A DNA stretch of 51,601 bases, taken from Campylobacteraceae bacterium (lineage in GTDB: Bacteria; Campylobacterota; Campylobacteria; Campylobacterales; BB28). Of this stretch, positions 39,694 to 49,412 are shown piece after piece (within the stretch, counting starts at the first letter, position 1; every line of letters starts with the position of its first letter). The notes beneath the pieces are model-generated. The model made no database searches. It saw only the letters and a list, made by a program, of their open reading frames with translations, and was not told the origin of the DNA. The stretch covers positions 1 to 51,601 of the forward strand of contig JADGEE010000007.1 of NCBI GenBank assembly GCA_016744535.1. The letters are read 5' to 3'. Made by a program: the position numbers and the translations under genes.

Positions 39694-40776
39694 TTGCCAG
39701 CAGATATTAATGATTATTTTAAGAGAAATTCAAACGGAGGTGGAGGGGGAAACAGTCCTCAAAATATGCCTCAATTTGAGCCACCTGAATTTATGAAAAA
39801 TTTAGGTAATAAAGCTTGGATTGTCTATGCAATCGTAGTTTTAATCGCTATTTTAGTGATTACAAAACCATTTAAAGTTATTAACTCTGGTGAGGTTGGG
39901 ATTAAAGTAACAGCCGGTAAATTTGAGAGTGTTCCATTAAATCCAGGAGTTCATTTTTATGTCCCTGGGATTCAACAAGTGCTATTAGTTGATACTAAAG
40001 TTAGGGTAATTAATTATAAAAAACTTGAAGATGTAGGCGGAATTGGTTTTACAGAAGGTATTAAAACAAATAATGCAATTACGCTACTTGATACTAGAGG
40101 TTTAACAGTTTCGATTGAGCTAACAGTTCAATATAGCTTAAAACCAATGGGAGCTCCTCAAACTATTGCAACTTGGGGGATTAGTTGGGAAGAGAAAATT
40201 ATTAATCCAGTTGTTAGAGATGTAGTTAGAAGTGTTGTAGGTAGATTTACAGCTGAAGAGCTTCCGGCTAAAAGAAATGAAATTGCTGATTTAATTGAAA
40301 ATGAAGTTAGAACAAAAATTGAAAAGTTAGAAAATCAACCTGTAAAGCTTGAATCTGTTCAACTTAGAGAAATTGTATTACCTCAAAAGATTAAAGACCA
40401 AATAGAGAGAGTTCAAATCGCAAGACAAGAGGCTGAGAGAGCGAAATATGAAGTAAAAAGAGCTCAACAAGAAGCAGAGAAAAAAGCAGCACTTGCAATT
40501 GGTAATGCTGAAGCTGTTAAAATTGAATCTCAAGGTAAAGCAAATGCTATTATGATTGAAGCAACATCTCAAGCTAAAGCAAATAATCTAATTTCAAAAT
40601 CATTAACCAACGATTTATTGACACTTAGACAAATTGAAGTTCAAGGAAAATTTAATGATGCACTAAGCGTTAATAAAGATGCAAAAATATTCTTAACACC
40701 AGGTGGTGCAGTTCCTAATATTTGGGTAGATACTAAAAATGCTAAAAGAGATACTGCAATTAATGATGGAAAATAA
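39694..40776 (+). CDS. SPFH/prohibitin family membrane protein
   Basis: N-terminal TM, GEVGIK, band-7 domain and Ala/Glu-rich coiled coil. Confidence 0.9.
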   Translation: MPADINDYFKRNSNGGGGGNSPQNMPQFEPPEFMKNLGNKAWIVYAIVVLIAILVITKPFKVINSGEVGIKVTAGKFESVPLNPGVHFYVPGIQQVLLVDTKVRVINYKKLEDVGGIGFTEGIKTNNAITLLDTRGLTVSIELTVQYSLKPMGAPQTIATWGISWEEKIINPVVRDVVRSVVGRFTAEELPAKRNEIADLIENEVRTKIEKLENQPVKLESVQLREIVLPQKIKDQIERVQIARQEAERAKYEVKRAQQEAEKKAALAIGNAEAVKIESQGKANAIMIEATSQAKANNLISKSLTNDLLTLRQIEVQGKFNDALSVNKDAKIFLTPGGAVPNIWVDTKNAKRDTAINDGK

Positions 40777-41770
40777 AAATCACTTAAGAGCATTAGCTCT
40801 TTTTAGTGGTGGACTTGATAGTCTTTTAGCAATAAAAGTTATACAAGAACAAGGTATAGAAGTAATTGCACTAAATTTTGATACAGGTTTTGGTTCTGTT
40901 AAAGACAAAAAAGAACAATTAGAAAAAATGCTCAATCAAATTGGTGCAAAACTTGAAATTATTAATATCAAAGATGATTTTATTAAAAATACACTCTTTA
41001 CTCCAAAATATGGCTATGGTAAAAATTTTAATCCCTGCATTGACTGTCACGCCAAAATGATAAATATAGCAAAAAATTTACTCAAAACATATGATGCACA
41101 ATTTATAATTAGTGGTGAAGTTTTAGGGCAGAGACCTATGAGCCAAAATTCTCGTTCACTAAAAGATGTAAGTAGATTAAGTAATGAAGGTGGAATACTT
41201 TTGCGACCTCTATCTGCAAAACTGCTTGAGCCTACAATTCCTGAAAAAGAGGGTTGGGTTGATAGAGAAAAACTTTTAAATATTGAAGGTAGAAGTAGAT
41301 CTGTACAGATTAGCTTAGCAGATGAATTTGGAATAGATGAGTATGAATCACCATCAGGTGGATGTCTATTAACTGACGAAGGATTTGCTATAAAAATTAG
41401 AGATTTTGTCAAATATGATGATACTTTTACTATATCAGATATTGATGTTTTAAAGTATGGAAGACAATTACGATTACCTAATGGTGCAAAATTAATAATA
41501 GGTAGAAATAAAGATGATAATGAGGGTATCTCTAAAATAGATAATCCAAAATTTTCACTAGCTTATGTAGAAGATATTACAGGACCTATTGCACTATTAT
41601 CAAAGAGTGCAACCGAAAACGAAAAAAAATTAACTGCTAAACTACTTATAACTTATGCTAAAAATCCAACTGATGAAAATTATAGTGTAAAAATAGGTCA
41701 AGAGATAATTAAAGAGATAAAATTTAATTCAAAAAATAATGCCAAAGAGTATTTTGTAATTAAGAATTAA
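40766..41770 (+). CDS. PP-loop ATPase, ThiI/MnmA-like putative tRNA thiolation enzyme with C-terminal RNA-binding domain
   Basis: FSGGLDS, NPCIDCH, GQRPMSQ, GGCLLTD and IIGRN. Start likely 40763/40766 rather than 40739. Confidence 0.75.
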   Translation: MENKNHLRALALFSGGLDSLLAIKVIQEQGIEVIALNFDTGFGSVKDKKEQLEKMLNQIGAKLEIINIKDDFIKNTLFTPKYGYGKNFNPCIDCHAKMINIAKNLLKTYDAQFIISGEVLGQRPMSQNSRSLKDVSRLSNEGGILLRPLSAKLLEPTIPEKEGWVDREKLLNIEGRSRSVQISLADEFGIDEYESPSGGCLLTDEGFAIKIRDFVKYDDTFTISDIDVLKYGRQLRLPNGAKLIIGRNKDDNEGISKIDNPKFSLAYVEDITGPIALLSKSATENEKKLTAKLLITYAKNPTDENYSVKIGQEIIKEIKFNSKNNAKEYFVIKN

Positions 41771-41795
41771 TTTAAAGTAGTTAGTGGAGTTTGAA

Positions 41796-41815
41796 AGAAG
41801 AGATAACTCTCTTCT
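41796..41815. terminator. Hairpin between convergent genes (AGAAGAGA-TAAC-TCTCTTCT)
   Basis: 8-bp perfect stem in a convergent gap; U-tracts are weak. Confidence 0.5.
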
Positions 41816-41844
41816 ATGGAATTTAGAATTTTTAAATACTTAAA

Positions 41845-42234
41845 TTAAGCTACGAAATCTTTAATATCTTCTGCAAAATTAAAATGTGGATACTCTAATG
41901 CAGATAAAACAATTTGCCCAACTGTATTATTATCTTCATTAAATATAAGTGGAGCTAAAAAATTAACTTTTGATTCAGCCATTGGTTGTTGAAGCACAAC
42001 AACATTATAAATTTTAATATTACTACTCTCTCCTACATCTAGTAAAACTTTCATAGAAGTAGACATATTAAACTCATACTCTCTTAAAACAAATGGATTT
42101 ACTAGAGTAAATACTACATCCCCATTATCAGCATCTTTGATAGTTACAAAGAAATTATCAACTTTTTCTAACTCTATTCTCTTGATATCCTCAAATCCTA
42201 AAATTGGAGATTTTACTTCATAAACTTTTCCCAT
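41845..42234 (-). CDS. fliW: Flagellar assembly factor FliW
   Basis: SPILGFE, FTLVNPF.LREYEF, S.VNFLAPLIFN and GQIVL. Confidence 0.92.
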   Translation of the reverse strand: MGKVYEVKSPILGFEDIKRIELEKVDNFFVTIKDADNGDVVFTLVNPFVLREYEFNMSTSMKVLLDVGESSNIKIYNVVVLQQPMAESKVNFLAPLIFNEDNNTVGQIVLSALEYPHFNFAEDIKDFVA

Positions 42235-42266
42235 TTTTTATCCTTTCTTTTTAGTTTAAATTAAAT

Positions 42267-43754
42267 TTATTGTAATAGTTTCATTACATTTTGTTGAACT
42301 TGATTAGCTTGTGACATCGCAAAACTACCAGATTGTGCGAGTAAATTATGTTTGTTAAAGTTTGCAGATTCTGATGCAAAATCAACATCTCTAATACCAG
42401 ATTCACTACTCTTTACATTTACTTGAGTTGTTGTAATATTATTTATAGTTGAGACTAATTGGTTTTGTACAGAACCTAAATCACTTCTAACACTGTTTAA
42501 AAATCGAATAGCATTATCTGCAATATTCATAACACTCATAGCACCTGTCATTGTAGTAACACCTGCCCCTAATTGCTGACCATATAATTCTGTATTAGTA
42601 TTTTCAAATGCACCCATTGCACTTGCGTCATCAGCAGTAAACCCACCTCTAACACTTCCAGCATTAATTACAGTTTCAGCTACACTTCCAGCATCAAATC
42701 CAATTACTCCACCAGTTGAGCTTACAATAATATCTTTTGCTCCATATTTTGTAAGTGTTAATCGTCCGTAGTTTTCTACTGAAGTACTAGCTAATCCTAA
42801 TACTGTATCAACACCTGTACCACTAACAGCTATACCTCTACCATCTGTACTTCTTAAATTTAAATTACCTCTAGTATCGATATATGCTTCAGTTCCTGTT
42901 AAATCTTTTACATTATTAATAGCATTTACAAGTCTTCCATCTCTATCATTAGCTTGAATATTTCCAATATCTCCAATAGTAACTCCATTAATACTAAGTC
43001 CAGTAACACTTCCACTAGCAACAGAACTTCCAGCTGTCTCCAAAACATTCCAACTAGCCTTAATTCCACCTAAAGAGTTTGTATTTTTATTAATAGTTTC
43101 TGCTAATGCTCCAATTCCTGTATTAATTCCTGTAGAAATTACAACACTCTCAAGTGATATGTCGTGAACTCCATCAACAGCAGAAAATTTAAGAGTTACT
43201 TCACTTGAAGCTGAAATATTTGAGCCTGTTTCAAACCTAGTAGCTCCAATTTTAGCAGCATTAGTAGCTCCAATACTAGCTTTAATTGTCTCATTTGAGT
43301 AAGCCCCAATTTGAAACTCTTTATTATTAAATGAACCAGCTAATAGATTTTGTCCGTTAAAACTTGTAGTAAAAGAGATGTTATCTAACTCTTCTAAAAG
43401 TCTTACAATATCAGCTTGTAGTGCCTTTCTTGTCTGTTCAGTTTGCCCATCTTGAGCAGCTTGTGTAGATTTAACTTTAACAGTATCAAGAATTTTAATT
43501 TGCTCATCCATTGCTTTATCAGCAGTTTGAATAATACCAACTGCATCGTTAGCATTTCTAATTGCTTGTCCAAGAGAATTTGCTTGATTTCTCAAACTAT
43601 CTGCAATTGCCATTCCAGAGGCATCATCTGCAGCTTTATTAATTCTCAAACCTGAACTAAGCTTTTCAAGGGATGAGTTAATACTTCTATTATTTCCAAG
43701 TCCAATTGCATGGGAATTCATCGCAGCAATGTTTGTATTTATTCTAAATCCCAT
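42267..43754 (-). CDS. flaB: Flagellin, FlaB-like
   Basis: [23 protein letters not shown] and IRDVDFA; sigma54 promoter upstream, as for Campylobacter/Helicobacter flaB. Confidence 0.85.
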   Translation of the reverse strand: MGFRINTNIAAMNSHAIGLGNNRSINSSLEKLSSGLRINKAADDASGMAIADSLRNQANSLGQAIRNANDAVGIIQTADKAMDEQIKILDTVKVKSTQAAQDGQTEQTRKALQADIVRLLEELDNISFTTSFNGQNLLAGSFNNKEFQIGAYSNETIKASIGATNAAKIGATRFETGSNISASSEVTLKFSAVDGVHDISLESVVISTGINTGIGALAETINKNTNSLGGIKASWNVLETAGSSVASGSVTGLSINGVTIGDIGNIQANDRDGRLVNAINNVKDLTGTEAYIDTRGNLNLRSTDGRGIAVSGTGVDTVLGLASTSVENYGRLTLTKYGAKDIIVSSTGGVIGFDAGSVAETVINAGSVRGGFTADDASAMGAFENTNTELYGQQLGAGVTTMTGAMSVMNIADNAIRFLNSVRSDLGSVQNQLVSTINNITTTQVNVKSSESGIRDVDFASESANFNKHNLLAQSGSFAMSQANQVQQNVMKLLQ

Positions 43755-43804
43755 TTAACTTCCTTTCTGTTAGTTTTTATTAACTTAACTTATTGGAAGT
43801 ATTA

Positions 43805-43822
43805 AAGCAATTAGTGTTCCAA
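43805..43822 (-). promoter_or_regulatory. sigma54 (-24/-12) promoter TTGGAACACTAATTGCTT
   Basis: GG-N10-GC spacing is exact; about 50 bp upstream of the flagellin ATG. Confidence 0.85.
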
Positions 43823-43956
43823 ATATTTATTATGAGTAGAAAAAAAATGTACTAAAAAGCTTTAAAATTTTGAACTTAAATTATCAAATATGTATAAAAT
43901 ATCTTATAAAGTCTATGGAGTGGAATGAAAAGAGAGATGAAAAAGTATTTTACTCT

Positions 43957-45144
43957 TTAATGTCCACAGCCACAGCCACCTTGACCATCTCCACCGTGAG
44001 AACCACATCCGCCACCACCGTGACTAGGTTGTTGAGGTGCAGCTGCTGTTGAACAAGCTGATGCTCCACTTGTAGGTTGGATTGCTTCATTAGTTGCTAT
44101 TCCCTCTTCATTAACTTTTTCGATAAATGTCCATAAATTACTAGCTAATAACATATACTCTTTAGCTGTTTTGGATTCTGGTTGATGATAAGTAATAGGT
44201 TTTCCACCATCTCCACCCTCTCTAATTGCTGGTTCAATTGGAATTTCTGAAAGTATTTTAGTGTCATACTCGTTTGCTACAACTTCACTTGTACCTTTTC
44301 CGAAAATATCATACTCTTTATTTGTCTCTGGACAGATAAACCCACTCATATTTTCAACAATTCCAGCGATTGGAATATGAAGTTTTTTAAACATATCTAA
44401 ACTTCTTCTACTATCATCTAGTGAGACTTGTTGAGGAGTTGTAACTGTAAGCCCCGCTGTAACTGGTATACTTTGAGCTAGAGTTAATTGTGCATCACCA
44501 GTTCCTGGTGGCATATCAATAACTAATACATCAAGTTCTCCCCACGAAATATCTTGAAGTAGCTGCTCAATTACTTTCATAATCATAGAACCTCTCCAAA
44601 TTAGAGATTGTCCCTCTTCCATAAGTGAACCCATAGAGATAGTTTGAACTCCATAAGCCTCTATTGGTAAAACACTTTGTCCTTGAACTTCTGGTTTAGC
44701 ACCAACTATTCCCATCATTCGAGGTACATTTGGTCCATAAATATCAGCGTCTAAAATACCTACTTTTTTACCTTGCATAGCCAGTGCCACAGCTAAATTA
44801 ACTGTTGTTGTTGATTTACCAACTCCACCTTTTCCACTACTAACCATTATAAAATTTTTAACTTGAGGAGCTAAATTTTTACCTTTTGAGCTTGTCTCTC
44901 TTGGCTCATCTGGTTTTTTAATATTAATTGTAAGCTCTGTTGCACCAGCTTGTTTTAATTTAAATCCCATTTCACCTTTTAACATCTCTTCAACTTCTTT
45001 AGCTGATGATGTAATCTCTAAATCTATAACTAATGCAGTTTCATTAATATTAATATTTTTTACAAAACCAAATGTAACTATATCTTTTTGAAATCCAGGA
45101 TATAAAATAGTCGATAATACTTCTTTTACTTGTGATTCATTCAT
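43957..45144 (-). CDS. mrp: Mrp/ApbC (NBP35) Fe-S cluster carrier ATPase
   Basis: N-terminal DUF59-like region, SGKGGVGKST, DADIYGP, DMPPGTGD and ENMS; Gly/His/Cys tail. Confidence 0.93.
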   Translation of the reverse strand: MNESQVKEVLSTILYPGFQKDIVTFGFVKNININETALVIDLEITSSAKEVEEMLKGEMGFKLKQAGATELTINIKKPDEPRETSSKGKNLAPQVKNFIMVSSGKGGVGKSTTTVNLAVALAMQGKKVGILDADIYGPNVPRMMGIVGAKPEVQGQSVLPIEAYGVQTISMGSLMEEGQSLIWRGSMIMKVIEQLLQDISWGELDVLVIDMPPGTGDAQLTLAQSIPVTAGLTVTTPQQVSLDDSRRSLDMFKKLHIPIAGIVENMSGFICPETNKEYDIFGKGTSEVVANEYDTKILSEIPIEPAIREGGDGGKPITYHQPESKTAKEYMLLASNLWTFIEKVNEEGIATNEAIQPTSGASACSTAAAPQQPSHGGGGCGSHGGDGQGGCGCGH

Positions 45145-45162
45145 TTAAATTTTCCTTTCTTT

Positions 45163-45191
45163 TTAAATAAGACTAATTTACTCTTATTTAA
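45163..45191. promoter_or_regulatory. 29-bp palindrome upstream of mrp (Rrf2/IscR-type operator candidate)
   Basis: TTAAATAAGACTAATTTACTCTTATTTAA, one mismatched pair. Confidence 0.55.
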
Positions 45192-45292
45192 TTTTAAGTG
45201 AATAAGATACTATTAAAAAAATTAAAATCATATTAAAAATTTTGGAATAAAAGAGTAATATTATAAATAATATAAAAGTATGAGAGGTCATT

Positions 45293-45697
45293 ATGAATAA
45301 AACAAATGTTGATAATATGTTAATAGAGATGATAACTCCAAAAGTTAAAGAGATAGAGGAAAAATTTTCAAGAGGTGAAGGACTTGAACAAGAAGATATT
45401 AATACTCTACTTTTAAAATCTCAATATAATCATATTAATCATTTAGATGAAAAGTTAAATGAAGTTACTGATAGTGTTAAAGCGTTAGAGGGAAAATTTT
45501 TAGGTTTAGAGGGAAAGTTTGAACTTCAAAAGCAAGAGATTAAAGCTGATATTGCAGAGTTTAAATATGAAGTTAAAACTGAAATTGCAAATTTAAAAAT
45601 TTACATAGAAAAGACAATGTCTAGTTTTATGAAATGGTTTATTGGTGGAGCTGGAATTTTAATAGTTTTATTAAAGCTTATTGATAAAGTTTTTTAG
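45293..45697 (+). CDS. Hypothetical coiled-coil protein with C-terminal membrane anchor
   Basis: RBS GAGG; heptad repeat LEGKF-LG-LEGKF; hydrophobic C-terminus. Confidence 0.7.
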   Translation: MNKTNVDNMLIEMITPKVKEIEEKFSRGEGLEQEDINTLLLKSQYNHINHLDEKLNEVTDSVKALEGKFLGLEGKFELQKQEIKADIAEFKYEVKTEIANLKIYIEKTMSSFMKWFIGGAGILIVLLKLIDKVF

Positions 45698-45743
45698 GAT
45701 TAAAATATAGATAAAATTAATCAAATAATATAAAGGTAATGAA

Positions 45744-47570
45744 ATGTTTTATAGATTTAAAGAGTATATAATTTTTTTTACTCTCTTATTAGTTGGCTTT
45801 GTATATTTAGAAATTAAATTTGTAAATATTACTAGTGTAAATGAGTTAATTAATAATAAAAAAAATGAAATTGTTTTACCATTTTTAAGTAGTTCAAATG
45901 ATAAAAATAAGATTCATATTTTTGAAGTTCAAATTGATTCATATATTCCTCAAGAAGTTAAATTAAATATCGCATCTGATGATAAAGTTAGAGAAGTTAG
46001 AGTCAATTCAGAGCGATTAAAATTTAAAGATAAAAGTAAATATAACTATAATTATAGAGAGTGGAAATATGGAGATTTTTACAATATAAATTTACAAAGT
46101 GGAAAAAATATTTTAAAAATAGTCAGTTTAAATAAATCAGGCAATTACTCTCTTAAAATAAAACAAAATATCTCTATATTTGATTATATTTTAATATTTA
46201 TACTAATAATTTATCCTCTTATAGCTTTACTATATAAACTCTATTTAATTATTTTAGATAAATCAAAAGAGGGCTTTTTTAAAAATTATTTAAATATTAC
46301 TTATATAATTATTTTTATGGGAGTTGTACTTAGATTAATTTATTTTTTTAGTTATGAATATAGCTTATTTCAACACGATTTTCCATCACACACAGATTAT
46401 ATTCGGTTTTTTGCACACTACTTTGAAATTGCACCACCTGATAAGTTAATTCAAGCACCTCAACAACCTCTATATCATAGCTTAGCTGGTTTAATGTATG
46501 CCTTTTTTGAGTATTTAAATTATAGTGAAAAAGAAATTTTCTATTTTTTAACTCTATTCTCATTAACTCTATCAATCATTTCACTTATTTTTGCATATAA
46601 GACTCTTAAATTAATTACAGAGAGTAAATTTATTATAAATATCACTTTAGGATTTTTAGCCTTTACACCATCACTTATATATATGTCAGCTAGAATAAAT
46701 AACGATATTTTAAATATGACACTAGCTATCTTAGCACTCTATTATATTATAAAATCATCTAAAGGTTATTTTGAAAACTATTTTTATACAGCACTTATTT
46801 TTACAACTCTGATATTTTTTACTAAACTCTCCTCTATAATTATAGTTTTAACATTTTTTGCACTTTTAACTATAACTTATATGGATAATAAAAAAACAGA
46901 GCTTTTAAAAAGTAGAATCTATATTTTTGGTTTAGTTGGAGTCTTTATTTTAGGACTAACTCTACTTAGAGTCTATTTACCAGTTGAAGGTGAGTTTAAA
47001 TTTGTAAATAGTGGAATATTTAAAGGTCAAGAGATAGGAGTTATGGATATAAATTATTTTTTTAGTTTTAATTTATCAAAATTAATTGAGTTAGCACAAT
47101 CTTACTCTTATGAGAATAAAAGCGATTTAGTGAGACGCTCATTTTTTACATATCAATACGGTACAATGTTATTTGGCGAATTTAATTATCACAGTTTCTT
47201 TAAAAATTCGGATTTTTTAAAACTATTAATTCAAGTAATTCAGGCGTTAGGAGTTATATTTGTAGTTGGTTTTACTCTATTTTTTATAAACTTTTTAAAA
47301 CAGAATAGATTGATAAAAATTTTAGCTTTTGCTTTTATTATAAATATGCTTCTATTAGCAAAATTTGCGTATGATTTCCCTTCTGTTTGTAATACTGATT
47401 TTAGGTATTATTCTCCATCATTTTTAATAATTGGACTTTTAATTGCAATCGGGTTAAATCACTTATCAAATATTGCATATTTTTTAAGAAAAACTGTAAT
47501 ATTTTTAGTTGGTTCTCTATTTATTTTAGAGACAATATTTATCTTAAAATTAGTTATGTTGAAAGGATAA
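45744..47570 (+). CDS. GT-C fold multi-TM glycosyltransferase (GT39/ArnT-like) with N-terminal periplasmic domain
   Basis: QHD...H..YI, QQPLYH, ARINND, TKLS and DFRY motifs; many TMs. Confidence 0.7.
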   Translation: MFYRFKEYIIFFTLLLVGFVYLEIKFVNITSVNELINNKKNEIVLPFLSSSNDKNKIHIFEVQIDSYIPQEVKLNIASDDKVREVRVNSERLKFKDKSKYNYNYREWKYGDFYNINLQSGKNILKIVSLNKSGNYSLKIKQNISIFDYILIFILIIYPLIALLYKLYLIILDKSKEGFFKNYLNITYIIIFMGVVLRLIYFFSYEYSLFQHDFPSHTDYIRFFAHYFEIAPPDKLIQAPQQPLYHSLAGLMYAFFEYLNYSEKEIFYFLTLFSLTLSIISLIFAYKTLKLITESKFIINITLGFLAFTPSLIYMSARINNDILNMTLAILALYYIIKSSKGYFENYFYTALIFTTLIFFTKLSSIIIVLTFFALLTITYMDNKKTELLKSRIYIFGLVGVFILGLTLLRVYLPVEGEFKFVNSGIFKGQEIGVMDINYFFSFNLSKLIELAQSYSYENKSDLVRRSFFTYQYGTMLFGEFNYHSFFKNSDFLKLLIQVIQALGVIFVVGFTLFFINFLKQNRLIKILAFAFIINMLLLAKFAYDFPSVCNTDFRYYSPSFLIIGLLIAIGLNHLSNIAYFLRKTVIFLVGSLFILETIFILKLVMLKG

Positions 47571-47597
47571 AAATTGAAAAAAATTTCACATCAAAGT
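47564..47597 (+). repeat. 34-bp direct repeat, left copy (33/34 identical to 49379..49412)
   Basis: AGGATAAAAATTGAAAAA(A/T)ATTTCACATCAAAGT = RBS plus the first 8 codons of the 49389 gene. Confidence 0.92.
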
Positions 47598-47598
47598 A

Positions 47599-48201
47599 TT
47601 AACATAAACTATTTTTATTTTTACGATACCTATGTTTATAAATTATAATTCTCTTTTTTTCACAAATATTTAATAAAACATTAAAATTTGTATTATTTCT
47701 AATTTTTTCAATAACTTTAGGAGAACAGATAAAACTATGATTTTGATGATATTTTTCTACTATTTTTAATATACGATTATCATCTGTTACTAAAGTTGTA
47801 TTGTTTTTTACAAAAGAGAAGGCTAACATATTTTTATCTGCACTACTTAATCTCTTTTTTCCATTAGTTTGTAACTCTTCTAAGCTAATTCCTGTTTCAG
47901 GTATCTCTTTTAATATCAATTCACTATCTTGATTATTTATTGCTGATAAGTATGTTAGATATGACATTTTTTCTATAACCGTTAATGTATTTATATTTAT
48001 TTCTTGTACATTAGGTGCTTTATTAAGTTTATTTATTAAATCTTTTAAATACGATTTTTTTTTACTTAAACCTTTCAATTCTCTTATTAAATCATCTGTT
48101 TTTAATATAGTTTTATTATTACATTTTTTTGCAATTGAATCAATCCATATTTTAGAAAATTTATAACAATTCATAGCTGAACAGGTATCAAATAATATCA
48201 C
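47599..48201 (-). CDS. PIN-domain-like protein (putative RNase toxin)
   Basis: ILFDTCS, IRE, LSSAD and LVTDD acidic motifs; GTGA overlap with the upstream gene. Confidence 0.7.
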   Translation of the reverse strand: MILFDTCSAMNCYKFSKIWIDSIAKKCNNKTILKTDDLIRELKGLSKKKSYLKDLINKLNKAPNVQEININTLTVIEKMSYLTYLSAINNQDSELILKEIPETGISLEELQTNGKKRLSSADKNMLAFSFVKNNTTLVTDDNRILKIVEKYHQNHSFICSPKVIEKIRNNTNFNVLLNICEKKRIIIYKHRYRKNKNSLC

Positions 48202-49220
48202 TCCTTTATCGCTCCTTCTAATTCTATCTTTCTACTATACGAAATTGAGGCTTCATCACAGTGCCAAGTTAATAAATCATTAATTTCCGTACTTGCAAAA
48301 GGAAAAAAAGTTTTAGTAGTTCTTCCAACTTTAATTGAATTTAACTTTTTCATATCTAATTTTATAGCTAATGCTTCACGACTAACACAATATCTTTTCA
48401 TAGTTTCTTTTAATAAATTTTGTGTTGGATTAGTTCTAAGCTTATTTAATTCTTCATCTGCTTTATATAGTAAAAAATCTATGGCAAACCTATTAGCTCT
48501 TATATCTTCGGCTTTATTATATTGATTTACTTCACTGTTATCAAATAAATCAAAGGTAAAAGTTTTACCATCATCTTTAAAGAAATGATATATTTCGTGT
48601 AATAGAGTAAATATAGCTTTTGTATAATAAGAATAATGTGCATTTATATATATAGTCGCAATAGGTTTATTAAAATAAACTCCATCAAAATTAAATGGTG
48701 ATTTTTCTTCATTAATAAAAAAAGTTTTTAATCCATAAAGATTTTCCATATCTTTAATTAATTCTTTAAGTAAAAAGTTTCTTTGTTTACCATCTGATTT
48801 AGAAAATTTAATAAGAAAATTGTTAAAATCTAAATCTTTATGTATTTTATCAATTAAATCAATATCATCTAAATTATTATAATCATTTGGAAAAATATCT
48901 AGTTTTTTATTTTCTAAAGCTTTTTTTTCTCTGTAAAGAATAGCTATTGTTTTTAAATTTTCAATTAATTCATTAGATACACTTTCACTGTTTGCTTTTT
49001 TAAATTTAACTAATTCGATAGGTTGAAATTCAGATGTCATAATAGACGGCAAAGATAATTCAAATTTTTGCAAAAACTTTTCTATTTGAGATAAATACTC
49101 TATTGGATTAGTTAATAAATTCTTAATAGAAATACCCAATTCAGTAGCAAAAACTTTTGCTTCTTCACTGTTACATTTTATTAATTTATCTAAATTATTT
49201 ACTAATAACTTATCTACCAT
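48198..49220 (-). CDS. ImmA/IrrE family Zn-metallopeptidase (possible degenerate N-terminal HTH)
   Basis: FDG, IYIN, FTLLHEIYH (HExxH), EDIRANRFA and VSREAL. Confidence 0.85.
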   Translation of the reverse strand: MVDKLLVNNLDKLIKCNSEEAKVFATELGISIKNLLTNPIEYLSQIEKFLQKFELSLPSIMTSEFQPIELVKFKKANSESVSNELIENLKTIAILYREKKALENKKLDIFPNDYNNLDDIDLIDKIHKDLDFNNFLIKFSKSDGKQRNFLLKELIKDMENLYGLKTFFINEEKSPFNFDGVYFNKPIATIYINAHYSYYTKAIFTLLHEIYHFFKDDGKTFTFDLFDNSEVNQYNKAEDIRANRFAIDFLLYKADEELNKLRTNPTQNLLKETMKRYCVSREALAIKLDMKKLNSIKVGRTTKTFFPFASTEINDLLTWHCDEASISYSRKIELEGAIKE

Positions 49221-49331
49221 TTATTATCCTTTAAAAGTAATATTATTGTACTATTTTATTTCTTGAAATTAAGTTATACAGTATAGAAACTTCTATTCCT
49301 ATATTTTAAAATAATCATCAATAAAAAATTA

Positions 49332-49360
49332 TTGAATATTTAATACTTTAGAGATATAAT
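49332..49360 (+). promoter_or_regulatory. sigma70 promoter TTGAAT-N17-TATAAT upstream of the PMT-like gene
   Basis: Exact 17-bp spacing; lies inside the repeat-flanked cassette. Confidence 0.6.
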
Positions 49361-49378
49361 CTTTCATTAAAAACCAAG

Positions 49379-49412
49379 AGGATAAAAATTGAAAAATATT
49401 TCACATCAAAGT
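49379..49412 (+). repeat. 34-bp direct repeat, right copy
   Basis: Matches 47564..47597. Confidence 0.92.

Noticed and set aside
47574-47648. Short + strand ORF starting at the duplicated TTG
   Set aside because: It is a remnant of the duplicated gene start and runs antisense into the PIN gene for about 24 codons.
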